DNA of 64,000 nt from Gemmatimonadota bacterium. GTDB taxonomy: Bacteria > Gemmatimonadota > Gemmatimonadetes > Palauibacterales > Palauibacteraceae. Positions 1 to 9,185 of this stretch are shown here, piece after piece. The number at the start of each line of letters is the position of its first letter. The first letter of the stretch is position 1. The DNA lies in the NCBI GenBank assembly GCA_965116475.1, contig OZ220691.1, forward strand, positions 1,152,001-1,216,000, written 5' to 3'. The translations under genes and the position numbers were made by a program. The notes beneath the pieces were generated by a model. That model was not told the origin of the DNA and did not search any database. It saw only the letters and a program-made list of their open reading frames with translations.

Positions 1-330
1 ACGGCCGCCCGCAAGGAGGAAGAGGAGGACGCCGACTATTCTCCCACCGTCGCCCTCAAGACGAGGGGCTTCGAAGACCACGTCATCGTGTCGATTCGGG
101 ACAACGGCACCGGGATTCCGGACTCCATCGTCCGGAAGATCTTCGAACCGTTCTTCACGACGAAGTCGGGTACGCAGGGAACCGGGCTCGGGCTGTCGAT
201 CTCCCGCGACATCGTCGTCGGCCACGGAGGCCAGCTCGAGGTGGAGAGCGAGCCCGGCGAGTTCACCGAGTTCCGGGTCAAGCTGCTCCGCGAGAGCAAC
301 ATTTCCGAAGTGGCGGCAGCCGTGACATGA
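1..330 (+). CDS. Sensor histidine kinase, C-terminal HATPase_c domain (5' end outside window)
   Basis: Frame open from base 1; G1 box DNGTGI, F box IFEPFFTTK, G2 box GTGLGLSI; stop at 330. Confidence 0.9.
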   Translation, partial: TAARKEEEEDADYSPTVALKTRGFEDHVIVSIRDNGTGIPDSIVRKIFEPFFTTKSGTQGTGLGLSISRDIVVGHGGQLEVESEPGEFTEFRVKLLRESNISEVAAAVT

Positions 331-380
331 GGGTTCGCCGCATGGATCATGATGGATCATGGAGGGATCACGGAGGGATC

Positions 381-2039
381 ATGAGAACGAAAAAGTATTG
401 TCGGCTCACGCTGGCGGCGGCCGGGGTCTTCCTCTTCGGCCTCTTCGGCGCGGGATCGCTGCTCGCGCAGGACGGACGCCCGGAAACGACTCCTCGCGGC
501 GACGACGAGGGCGACGGCCCCTACGACCGTCTGATCCTCCGCGGCGTCACGATCATCGATGGTACGGGCGCGCCGCCTCAGGGCCCCGTGGACATCGTCA
601 TCGAGGGCGACCGCATCGCCTCCGTCAACACCGTCGGCTTCCCGGGACTCGACATCAACGAGGATCGGCGGCCCGACGTGGAAGTCGAGGATGATCCCGA
701 CGCGATCGTGCACGAGATCGACCTCTCCGGACACTTCGTCATGCCCGGCTTCGTCGACATGCACGCGCACACCGGCGGCTTCCCCAAGGCGCCGCAGCCC
801 GAGTACGTCTACAAGCTGTGGATGGGGCACGGGATCACGACTTCCCGCGGCGTGGGCCACGGGCCGATGATGTGGTCGCTCGGAGAGAAGGCGAAGGCGG
901 CCCGCAACGAGATCGTCGCCCCGCGCATGTACACCTACGTGCGGCCCGGCGAGGCCTGGGAACAGGGTCCGGTGAATTCGCCCGAGACGGCGCGCGAGTG
1001 GGTGCGCTGGGCCGCGGCGCAGGAGGTCGAGGGACAGAGGATCGACGGACTCAAGCTGGGCTCCTACGACCCGCCGATCATGGAGGCGCTCATCGACGAG
1101 GCCAAGCAACACGGGCTCGGCACCGTGGCCCACCTCGGCCAGATGGGCGTGGGGCGGATGACCGCGCTCGACGCGGCCGAGATCGGGCTCGACATGATGA
1201 CCCACTACTACGGCCTGTTCGAGTCGATGCTGTCCGACTACAGCGTCCAGGACTGGCCGCTCGACTACAACTACCAGAACGAGCAGCACCGCTTCGGCAA
1301 CGTGGCCCGGCTGTGGGATCAGGTCGACGGCCCCGGCTCGGAGAGTTGGAACGCGCTGCAGGAGCGCTTCCTTGAACTCGGGTTCGGGATCGATCCGACG
1401 ATGACGATCTACGAGGCGAGCCGCGACGTGATGGCCGCCCGCAACGCGGACTGGCACGAGGAGTACACGCTCCCCAGCCAGTGGGACTTCTATCAGCCGA
1501 GCCGCGCCGCGCACGGCTCCTACTGGTTCTACTGGGGCACGGAGGAAGAGATCGCGTGGCGGAACTTCTACAAGGTGTGGATGCAGTTCCTCAACGAGTA
1601 CAAGAACCGCGGCGGCCGGGTGACGACGGGCTCGGACTCGGGTTTCATCTACAAGCTGTACGGCTTCGACTACATCCGGGAATTCGAACTGCTGCGTGAG
1701 GCCGGATTCCACCCGGTGGAGGTCATCCGCTCGGCCACGCTGCACGGGGCGCAGGAGTTGAACGACCCCAGGGGACTCCCGCCCGACTTCGGGATGATCC
1801 GCCCCGGACTCAAGGCCGATTTCGTCGTCGTCGAGGAGAACCCGCTTCAGAACCTCAAGGTTCTGTACGGAAACGGCGCGGTGAAGCTCAACGACGAGAC
1901 CGGCGAGACGGAGCGCGTCGGCGGCATCAAGTACACGATCAAGGACGGCATCGTCTACGACGCGAAACAGTTGCTGGCCGACGTGCGCGAGATGGTGCGG
2001 GCGGCGAAGGCCGAACTCGCGACGCAGGACGACGGTTGA
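381..2039 (+). CDS. Exported amidohydrolase family protein
   Basis: ATG at 381 after GGAGG; signal peptide; PGFVDMHAH metal motif, GSDS motif, G(M)IRPGLKADFVV C-terminal motif. Confidence 0.85.
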   Translation: MRTKKYCRLTLAAAGVFLFGLFGAGSLLAQDGRPETTPRGDDEGDGPYDRLILRGVTIIDGTGAPPQGPVDIVIEGDRIASVNTVGFPGLDINEDRRPDVEVEDDPDAIVHEIDLSGHFVMPGFVDMHAHTGGFPKAPQPEYVYKLWMGHGITTSRGVGHGPMMWSLGEKAKAARNEIVAPRMYTYVRPGEAWEQGPVNSPETAREWVRWAAAQEVEGQRIDGLKLGSYDPPIMEALIDEAKQHGLGTVAHLGQMGVGRMTALDAAEIGLDMMTHYYGLFESMLSDYSVQDWPLDYNYQNEQHRFGNVARLWDQVDGPGSESWNALQERFLELGFGIDPTMTIYEASRDVMAARNADWHEEYTLPSQWDFYQPSRAAHGSYWFYWGTEEEIAWRNFYKVWMQFLNEYKNRGGRVTTGSDSGFIYKLYGFDYIREFELLREAGFHPVEVIRSATLHGAQELNDPRGLPPDFGMIRPGLKADFVVVEENPLQNLKVLYGNGAVKLNDETGETERVGGIKYTIKDGIVYDAKQLLADVREMVRAAKAELATQDDG

Positions 2040-2677
2040 AATATACGCGCGGGATCGGGCTGCTCCTGGCGCTGGCCGCGTGCCGCGGCGACGCGGGCGA
2101 GGGGGAGGCGCGGACCGTCCAGCCCGGCGCTCCCGGCGAGGCCACGCGCGTCCTGACGGTGGAGGAGGCGGCGTCCCTCGAGCACGTCACGCACACCGAG
2201 GCGGACGTGCGCTTCATGCAGGGGATGATCCCGCACCACGCCCAGGCGCTTGAAATGGCCGCGCTCATTCCGGAGCGGGCGGACCACGAAGGCCTGCACC
2301 TGCTCGGGCGCCGGATCGAGATCTCCCAGCGGGACGAGATCGCGTGGATGACGCGCTGGCTCGAGCGGCGCGGCGAGACGGCTCCGATGGTGGGGGCCGA
2401 ACACGCGCACGGACTCGGCGAGGGCGAACTCATGCCGGGGATGCTGTCCCGCGAGGAGATGGACGCGCTCGCCGCGGCGCGGGGCTCCGCGTTCGACCGG
2501 CTCTTCCTCGAAGGCATGATCAAGCATCATCGGGGCGCGCTCATGATGGTGGCGGAACTGTTCGACAGTCCCGGCGGAGGTCAGGAGACCGAGATTTTTC
2601 GGTTCGCGGCGGATGTGGACGCGGACCAGGACATGGAGATCCTGCGCATGCGGGACCTGTTGAACACGATCCCATGA
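2036..2677 (+). CDS. DUF305 (ferritin-like, CopM-related) lipoprotein
   Basis: Lipobox LAAC; repeated ADVRFMQGMIPHHAQALEMA / FDRLFLEGMIKHHRGA motifs; TTG start overlaps the upstream stop. Confidence 0.85.
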   Translation: MKYTRGIGLLLALAACRGDAGEGEARTVQPGAPGEATRVLTVEEAASLEHVTHTEADVRFMQGMIPHHAQALEMAALIPERADHEGLHLLGRRIEISQRDEIAWMTRWLERRGETAPMVGAEHAHGLGEGELMPGMLSREEMDALAAARGSAFDRLFLEGMIKHHRGALMMVAELFDSPGGGQETEIFRFAADVDADQDMEILRMRDLLNTIP

Positions 2678-2716
2678 CGGCTCATTTGGCGATTCACGGA
2701 GGCAGGAGGTAGGAAG

Positions 2717-4570
2717 ATGTCACGCAGAGAGACCCTGACGGAGTGGCGGCGCATCGGCCGCCCGGCGGCGGTGTTCCCCGTGTTGGCGTTCGGCTGGCTG
2801 GCCGGCGCGGACGCCCTGGCGGCGCAGGACCCGCCGCCACCCCCTCCGGAGGCCGTCTGGGAATGGGATCCGGACGATCCGCGCATCGGGCTCGCCCCGG
2901 GCCTCCACGATGCCGGCATGGCGATCGGCAACCTGGAGCGGCTGGTCAGCCTCCCGAAGCCCGATCCGTTCCTCACCGACGAGGCCGGCGGGCGCGGGCC
3001 GACGAACTCGGACATCGCCTTCCAGGGAGATCTCGTCTTCCAGGGCAGCTATTGGGGCTTCCAGGTGTTCGACGCCTCGGATCCCGCCCAGCCCGAACTC
3101 GTCGTCGCGGTCGTGTGCCCCGGAGGACAGGGCGACGTCAGCGTGCACGAGAACCTTCTCTTCATGTCGGTCCAGCAGGCGTCGGCCCGGCTCGACTGCG
3201 GCACGGAAGGGGTCCAGGACAGCGTCAGCACCGTCCGCCTGCAGGGGATCCGGATCTTCGACATCTCCGACATCGGGAATCCGCGCCAGGTGAAGACGGT
3301 GCAGACGTGCCGCGGCTCCCACACGCACACGCTCGTTACCGACCCCGGCGACGACTCGCACGTCTACATCTACGTTTCGGGGACGGGACGCGTCCGCTCG
3401 GGCAGCGAACTCGAAGGCTGCTCCGGCCTGCCGGCCGATGAGGACGAGAACACGGCGCTGTTCCGGATCGAGATCATCGAGGTGCCGGTGGATGCGCCCG
3501 AGAATGCCGAAGTCGTCAACATGCCGCGCATCTTCGCCGACTCCGAGACGGGGGACATCGCGGGCCTGTGGGCGGGAGGCGACCACGGCGAAGGCACGCA
3601 GTCGTCCCGTCTCACGAACCAGTGCCACGACATCACGGTGCGCTCGGATCTCGGACTCGCCGCCGGGGCCTGCTCGGGGAACGGGATCCTGCTCGACATC
3701 TCCGACCCCGAGAACCCGGTCCGCATCGACCAGGTCGTCGATCCGAACTTCGCCTACTGGCATTCGGCGACCTTCAACAACGACGGCACGGCAATCGTGT
3801 TCACGGACGAGTGGGGCGGCGGCGGAGCGCCTCGCTGCCGCGGCTCCGACCCGGAGACGTGGGGCGCCAACGCGATCTTCACGATCCGTGACCGCAAGAT
3901 GGAGCTGGCGGGCTACTACAAGCTGCCGGTGCCGCAGACGGAGCAGGAGAACTGCGTCGCCCACAACGGTTCCATGATCCCGGTGCCGGGCCGCGACATC
4001 ATGGTGCAGGGCTGGTACCAGGGCGGCCTCTCGATTTTCGACTTCACGGATCCGGAGAATCCGTTCGAGATCGCCTATTTCGACCGCGGCCCGCTGGACG
4101 CGGTGGAGATGCTGAGCGGCGGCTACTGGTCGGCGTACTGGCACAACGGTGCGATCTACGGCGCGGAAATCGCGCGCGGCGTGGACGTGTTCCAGCTCGC
4201 GGCCAGCGAGCACCTGTCGCAGGCGGAGATCGACGCGGCGATGTCCGTGATGGTCGGCGACTCCAACGTGCAGAACCAGGAGCGGTTCGATTGGCCCGCG
4301 AGTTTCGCCGTCGCCCGGTCGTACCTGATCCAGATGCAGCGCAGCAGCGGCATCCGGGCCGAGCGCGGCGAGCAGGTGGCATCGCTGCTCGACCTGGCGG
4401 AGAGCCAGTCCGGCGCCGAGCGGAACGCCACGCTCGATGACCTGAACGCGGTGGCCGCCGAACTCGACGAGGACGCGCGTCTCGCCGCCAATGCGGCGGG
4501 GCCGGGGGATGCCCCGCGCCTGGCGCTGCTGGCCGACGCGATCCGCGACCTGACGGCCTCGCTGCGCTGA
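2717..4570 (+). CDS. Exported LVIVD-repeat beta-propeller protein
   Basis: Signal peptide; NSDIAFQG, CPGGQGDVSV, CRGSHTHT, QCHDI, YWHSATF and CVAHNG motifs of the family usually found next to DUF305. Confidence 0.8.
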   Translation: MSRRETLTEWRRIGRPAAVFPVLAFGWLAGADALAAQDPPPPPPEAVWEWDPDDPRIGLAPGLHDAGMAIGNLERLVSLPKPDPFLTDEAGGRGPTNSDIAFQGDLVFQGSYWGFQVFDASDPAQPELVVAVVCPGGQGDVSVHENLLFMSVQQASARLDCGTEGVQDSVSTVRLQGIRIFDISDIGNPRQVKTVQTCRGSHTHTLVTDPGDDSHVYIYVSGTGRVRSGSELEGCSGLPADEDENTALFRIEIIEVPVDAPENAEVVNMPRIFADSETGDIAGLWAGGDHGEGTQSSRLTNQCHDITVRSDLGLAAGACSGNGILLDISDPENPVRIDQVVDPNFAYWHSATFNNDGTAIVFTDEWGGGGAPRCRGSDPETWGANAIFTIRDRKMELAGYYKLPVPQTEQENCVAHNGSMIPVPGRDIMVQGWYQGGLSIFDFTDPENPFEIAYFDRGPLDAVEMLSGGYWSAYWHNGAIYGAEIARGVDVFQLAASEHLSQAEIDAAMSVMVGDSNVQNQERFDWPASFAVARSYLIQMQRSSGIRAERGEQVASLLDLAESQSGAERNATLDDLNAVAAELDEDARLAANAAGPGDAPRLALLADAIRDLTASLR

Positions 4571-4590
4571 GCCTGGCCCTTCGCAGGATG

Positions 4591-4618
4591 CTCCGGGGGT
4601 CTCGTGCGGCCCCCGGAG
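4591..4618. terminator. GC-rich hairpin downstream of the LVIVD gene
   Basis: CTCCGGGGGTC-tcgtgc-GGCCCCCGGAG inverted repeat; no U-tract. Confidence 0.4.
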
Positions 4619-4660
4619 CGACGGCGCGGAACCCGGAGCGACGGCGCGGAACCCGGAGCG
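4612..4660 (+). repeat. 20-bp tandem repeat, about 2.5 copies (CCCGGAGCGACGGCGCGGAA)
   Basis: Exact copies at 4612-4631 and 4632-4651, partial copy at 4652-4660. Confidence 0.95.
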
Positions 4661-4719
4661 CGGCGGGCCGTATGACGGTGTGACCACGTCGAGCCGAGCA
4701 CATCCCGCGAAGTGAAACC

Positions 4720-5187
4720 GTGACGAGCCACGATACTCTGACAGATCCGACCCCCGCCGGTGAGTTGACCCGCGGCATCGTGCCCGGAGGCACCGTGCTC
4801 GCCGATTTCCTCTACCCCGAGCCGGCGGAGCGCCGCGTCGGCGCGATCATCGGCTGGTGGGAGAAACGCCGCCTCCCCTACAACCTCATCGTCGGCGGCA
4901 CCGGACTCGTGACGATGACATTTGGCGCGGCGCTCACGGCGGTGGTCGCGACACTTCAACCGGTCGACATGGTCCGCGCGGCGATCTGGTGGGCCGTGTG
5001 GGCGAACGTGTGCTATTCGCTGGGTCCCGCGGTCGAGATCGCGCTCGAGAAGCTGTTCGGCCGGCGGCTTCTTCCGACCGGTCCCCTCCTCTTCCGGGCC
5101 GGCGTGACCATCGCCGTCGGCGTCACCCTCCTGCCCATCATCCCCCTCACGATCGGGTTCATCCTGAACTTCTTCGGGCTGCTCTGA
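4720..5187 (+). CDS. Hypothetical membrane protein (paralog 1)
   Basis: About 3 TM segments; motif AIIGWWEKRRLPYNL shared with 5882..6352. Confidence 0.8.
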   Translation: MTSHDTLTDPTPAGELTRGIVPGGTVLADFLYPEPAERRVGAIIGWWEKRRLPYNLIVGGTGLVTMTFGAALTAVVATLQPVDMVRAAIWWAVWANVCYSLGPAVEIALEKLFGRRLLPTGPLLFRAGVTIAVGVTLLPIIPLTIGFILNFFGLL

Positions 5188-5738
5188 CGACCGCGAGATG
5201 GGGCCTGTGGCTCCTGTGGGTGTCGGCGAGCGGAGTCGGTGGAGCCGTGGGCGTGGTACCTGCGAGGATCGTCGGAACCACGATGGGCGAGGCCGTCCTC
5301 GGGGCCGTCGCGCTGGGCGGGATCCTCGGCGCGGTCGCGACGGGCCAGTGGCTCATCATGCGGCGACGCCTGTCCTGGGCTGCCCGGTGGGCGACGGCAA
5401 CGGTGGCGGGAGGACTCGCCGGGGGGGCCGTCGCTCTTGGCGTGTTGGACGCTTTGTCCGCAAACGGGAGTGAGACCCTCGGCGCCGTCCTGGGGACGCT
5501 CGCGGGCCTGGGCGTGTTCGGCACTGTCCAGTGGATGATTCTCCGTCGGGTCGCGCGGGCCGGCTGGTGGGTGGCGGCAAGCGTCGCGGGCCTCGTCGCG
5601 GCAGGCCCCCTCGGTGTGGGCCTGCTGGGAATGCTCGTCGGAGACGGCGGAGGGTTCGGGGTCGTGTACGGAGCGATCACGGGGGTTCGGTTCACCTCCG
5701 TGATCTCGAAGCGCCCGGCTTCCGCGCCAGCCGTCTGA
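5184..5738 (+). CDS. Hypothetical Gly/Ala-rich polytopic membrane protein
   Basis: Repeated (G/V)QW(L/M)I(M/L)RR...W units; start uncertain (CTG 5184 overlapping the upstream stop, or ATG downstream encoding MGEAVLG). Confidence 0.65.
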   Translation: MTTARWGLWLLWVSASGVGGAVGVVPARIVGTTMGEAVLGAVALGGILGAVATGQWLIMRRRLSWAARWATATVAGGLAGGAVALGVLDALSANGSETLGAVLGTLAGLGVFGTVQWMILRRVARAGWWVAASVAGLVAAGPLGVGLLGMLVGDGGGFGVVYGAITGVRFTSVISKRPASAPAV

Positions 5739-5881
5739 GGGAAGTCGGACGGGGCCGATCGCGCACAACGCGGCTCCGGGGGAACCCGCTGCGAGCTCGG
5801 CCGTATCATGTTGAGCACCGCCGGGTGGGGAGGCCGCCCACCAGCGCCACGACCGCGACGCAGGCCCGAGACGAGCCCGGA

Positions 5882-6352
5882 ATGAATCCCGACGCCATAA
5901 CCGAATCGACCTCTCGCTGCGGCGGACTCACGCAGAGTGCGGTCCCCGGAGGCACCTTCCTCGCGGACTTCTTCTATCCGGCTCCGGCGGAGCGTCGCGT
6001 CGGGGCGATCATCGGCTGGTGGGAGAAGCGCCGTCTTCCCTACAACCTCATCATCGGCGGAACCGGCCTCCTGTCTGCGACCGCCGTCTCCTTCTTCATG
6101 ACATTGAACGGCGGACCCGGGCTGGTCGATTGGCTCCAGGTCGGTTTGTTCTGGCTGATCGCGGCCAATGCGTGCTACACGCTCGGACCCGCCGTCGAGA
6201 TCGCGCTCCAGAAGTTCCTGGGCCGGGAGGCCCTTCCCGCCGGCCCTCTACTCTTCCGAGCCGGCCTGACCATCGCCCTCGGCGTCGCGCTGGCGCCCAT
6301 CATCTTCGTCACGATCGCGCACCTGGCGACGGCGCTTGGCGTCGGCCCCTGA
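5882..6352 (+). CDS. Hypothetical membrane protein (paralog 2)
   Basis: VPGGTFLADFFYPAPAERRVGAIIGWWEKRRLPYNL is nearly identical to the 4720..5187 product. Confidence 0.8.
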   Translation: MNPDAITESTSRCGGLTQSAVPGGTFLADFFYPAPAERRVGAIIGWWEKRRLPYNLIIGGTGLLSATAVSFFMTLNGGPGLVDWLQVGLFWLIAANACYTLGPAVEIALQKFLGREALPAGPLLFRAGLTIALGVALAPIIFVTIAHLATALGVGP

Positions 6353-6373
6353 CGGGTCGCAACCTCCACGTCG

Positions 6374-6389
6374 CGTTCCCGCGGGAACG
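6374..6389. repeat. Dispersed 16-bp palindrome CGTTCCCGCGGGAACG, copy 1
   Basis: Exact match; intergenic between convergent genes. Confidence 0.95.
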
Positions 6390-6417
6390 TCCTTTCGTCA
6401 GTCGACGCCGAGCTCAC

Positions 6418-6443
6418 GCCCCTCGAACGCAGCGGGGCTTTTT
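6418..6443 (+). terminator. Putative Rho-independent terminator
   Basis: GCCCC...GGGGC stem followed by TTTTT. Confidence 0.45.
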
Positions 6444-6453
6444 CCGCGGGCTG

Positions 6454-7314
6454 CTAGATCGTTTCGAGATCTCCGGCTCGTATCCAGCCCACCTTGCCGT
6501 CTTCCAGCACGATCTCGAGCCAGTCGCTCGATCTCCGGTCGATCCTCACGACGGCCCCCTCGTGAATCGTGAACAACCGCAGCGCGGGGTCGTCGGAGGG
6601 CGCGCTCTGAACGGCGGCCTCCGTCCGCAGGATTACCCCGCGCTCCGCGCGCCCGATACCGAATTCGCGGATCAGGAGGTTCGTGCCGACGACGACGGTG
6701 AGCGCGGCGGCGGCGACCGCGGCGTGGCGGGTCCAGACCGGCGGGGCGGTCGAGAGGAGCCGGTAGAGCAGGATGGATGCCAGCCCCAGGTAGCCCACAG
6801 CCAGGATCGCAATGAGCCACTCGCGCGGCACCAGTTGCACCGCCCACGTGACGACGCGGGGCACCCAGAACCCGGGGAGCGGCGTGATCTGGTCGGCGGT
6901 CAGCGAGCGCGCGAGTTCCAGGTTCGTGCGCACGCTCTCATCGCGGGGCAGCGCAACCCTGGCGCGCTCGTAGAAGAGGATCGACCTCCCGAGTTCGCCG
7001 AGCCTGAAGTAGGCGTTGCCGATGTTGTAATGGAGTTCGCCGCTCTCGAACCCGTCCTCGTACAGTCCGAGCCAGGCCTCGAGGGCGCCTTCATGATCTC
7101 CGGCCTGGTAGAGGCTGTTCCCCGCCTGGAACCGGTCTGCCGGAGCCGGGGCGGGCGTTGCGGCGGGTGCGGCCTCCTGCGCCTCGGAGAACCCGGTCGC
7201 CGAGGCCGGGGCGAGCGTTGGGGCGAGGGCGAGCGCCACGACCGGGAGCCCGGCGGTCGCCAGCCCGGCGGCCGCCGGTCCGTGTCGACGCCCGATGGCC
7301 CGGCGCGCGATCAT
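6454..7314 (-). CDS. batE: BatE-like TPR + TM + SH3 protein
   Basis: TPR motif HYNIGNAYFRLGELGRSILFYERA; C-terminal SH3-like LFTIHEGAVV...WLEIVLEDGKVGWI; last gene of the bat operon. Confidence 0.8.
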   Translation of the reverse strand: MIARRAIGRRHGPAAAGLATAGLPVVALALAPTLAPASATGFSEAQEAAPAATPAPAPADRFQAGNSLYQAGDHEGALEAWLGLYEDGFESGELHYNIGNAYFRLGELGRSILFYERARVALPRDESVRTNLELARSLTADQITPLPGFWVPRVVTWAVQLVPREWLIAILAVGYLGLASILLYRLLSTAPPVWTRHAAVAAAALTVVVGTNLLIREFGIGRAERGVILRTEAAVQSAPSDDPALRLFTIHEGAVVRIDRRSSDWLEIVLEDGKVGWIRAGDLETI

Positions 7315-9185
7315 CGGAGGTCTCGCGCGAGGGCGGACAGCACGGACTCGGCGCGGGCCAGGAACGCCTTGCGTTCTTCGATCTCGGCGCCGACCGGGGC
7401 GAACCGCTGCCGGTCGCAGTCTTCGAGTACGGCGAAGTACTCTTCGACGGTGGGCTCGCGGGCGCCGCGGCGGAGCAGGGCGGCGCGGAGGTCGTCGCGG
7501 ATCATTCCGGCGGCGGAGGTGTCGAGCTTGTCGGCGACGAACCCCTCCAGCGCCTGGGCGGTCTCGGCGTGGAAGGCCCGCGCATCGTCGCCTCCCGCGA
7601 GCCCGGCGGCCCGGGCGAGGCGCTTCTTCGCCACGCGGGCGGCCCGGCGGTCGCGGGCGTACGCCTGGTCACCGGCGAGCCGGTCGCGGCGGCGGCGCAG
7701 CCCGGCCGCGCCCGCGACCATGCCGACGGGCGCCAGCGCGACGATCCAGAACCACGCCCGGTCGAACAGCGTCTCCCCCCGGCGGCGGAAGCGCGGCGTG
7801 TCGATCCGGATGAAGCGGATGTCCGAGCGCAGCGCCTCGACGGAACCGCGCGCGCGTGCCCCCGGCAGCGCGTCCTCGACCGCCCGGCCCGTGACCCGCA
7901 ACTCGACCGGCGCCGCCGACGCGATCTCGTAGCGGTCCGCCGCGGCGTCGAAGTACCCCATGTCCACGCCGGGGATCGTCAGCACGCCCGGCGCCCGCGG
8001 GATGAGGACGTACTCCCAGGTCCGCATCCCCGAGACGCCCGCGTCGTCGGTTCGCAGCCGGTCCGACACCTCGGGCGGAAAGGCCTCCACGGTCGGCGGA
8101 AAGACGAGTTCCGGCGGCGCCAACGCCTTCAGGTTGCCGGAACCCGACACCTCCACGCGCAGCGTGACCGCCTCGTTCGCGGCCAGGCTGTCCCGGTCGA
8201 CGGCACTCGCGACGGCCAGGTCCCCCACGAGGCCGGTGAAGCCCGCGGGCCGGCCCTCGGCGGGGAGGGGGAGCACCTCGATCTCGACCGGACGGGAGGC
8301 GGCGCCCACCGTCACGACGTCCCCGAACAGGGAACTTCGGTTGAAGAACCCCCCGAACACATCGTCGAACGGATCGCGCGACCGGCGCTGCAGGCGGGCC
8401 TGAGCCTCGATCGCGAGCGGTTCGAGCGTCTTCGTGCCCGGCCCCGTCGGGTACAGCGCCACCTTCCGGATCACCGCGGTGGCATACGCGACCCCGTCGC
8501 GCACGATCTGCTCGACCTGCGGCTGTTGCGGAAGCTCGAACTCCTCGACCCAGAAGCCCGCCGTGCCGGGGAGTCGCGTGACCCCGTACGAACTCACGTT
8601 GACGCGCGTGAAGAGTCGGTATTCGACGATGACCGGCTCGTTCTCCCGCACGCGGCGCTTGTTCGGCTCGGCGACGATGAAGAGGTCGTCCGAGCCGATG
8701 GTCCCCGCATCGGAAGGCTGCCCCGCGGGCGCTCCCCCCGCTCCCGGCGCCGGTTGGGGAGACGAGGACACGCGCAGGCTCAACGGCTCCGTGGTCAGCG
8801 TCTCCCCGCCCGCCTCGACCGTTACCGACCCGATCTCGAACGTCCCCTCCGCCGTCGCCTGGAACCGGTACTGCACCGTGAGCGAGACGGTCGTCTGGCC
8901 GTTCACGATGCGGACCGACGTCTGGGTCCCGCTGCTCAGGAAGGCGGCGAAGGCGCCCATGTCGGGAAGGGCCGGGTCCTGGTCGAAGCGCTGGACGCCT
9001 TCCAGGACGACGTTGAGCGTGAAGGTCTGCCCGACGCCGACCTCCCCGCGGTCGAGATGCGCGGAAGCCGTGATCTCCTGCCCCGAGAGCGCGCCCGGGG
9101 CGAGACAGCAACCGATGAGCCAGCCGAGCGCGACAACCGTGGCCGCGTGCCGCGGGCGGGCCGGGGGTCGAAGGCGTCGCATCAC
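7311..9185 (-). CDS. batD: BatD family protein
   Basis: Signal peptide; BatD motifs (VGQTFTLNV, GLVGDL, SGSGNLK, DIRFI); C-terminal TM; GTG/ATG start at 9185/9182. Confidence 0.85.
   Translation of the reverse strand: MMRRLRPPARPRHAATVVALGWLIGCCLAPGALSGQEITASAHLDRGEVGVGQTFTLNVVLEGVQRFDQDPALPDMGAFAAFLSSGTQTSVRIVNGQTTVSLTVQYRFQATAEGTFEIGSVTVEAGGETLTTEPLSLRVSSSPQPAPGAGGAPAGQPSDAGTIGSDDLFIVAEPNKRRVRENEPVIVEYRLFTRVNVSSYGVTRLPGTAGFWVEEFELPQQPQVEQIVRDGVAYATAVIRKVALYPTGPGTKTLEPLAIEAQARLQRRSRDPFDDVFGGFFNRSSLFGDVVTVGAASRPVEIEVLPLPAEGRPAGFTGLVGDLAVASAVDRDSLAANEAVTLRVEVSGSGNLKALAPPELVFPPTVEAFPPEVSDRLRTDDAGVSGMRTWEYVLIPRAPGVLTIPGVDMGYFDAAADRYEIASAAPVELRVTGRAVEDALPGARARGSVEALRSDIRFIRIDTPRFRRRGETLFDRAWFWIVALAPVGMVAGAAGLRRRRDRLAGDQAYARDRRAARVAKKRLARAAGLAGGDDARAFHAETAQALEGFVADKLDTSAAGMIRDDLRAALLRRGAREPTVEEYFAVLEDCDRQRFAPVGAEIEERKAFLARAESVLSALARDLR

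Noticed and set aside
4612..4660. Possible CRISPR array from the 20-bp repeats
   Set aside because: The repeats are directly adjacent with no spacers, and there are no cas genes.
6374..6389. Calling the 16-bp palindrome a canonical parS site
   Set aside because: The centre (CCGCGG) differs from the parS CACGTG core, so it is reported only as parS-like.
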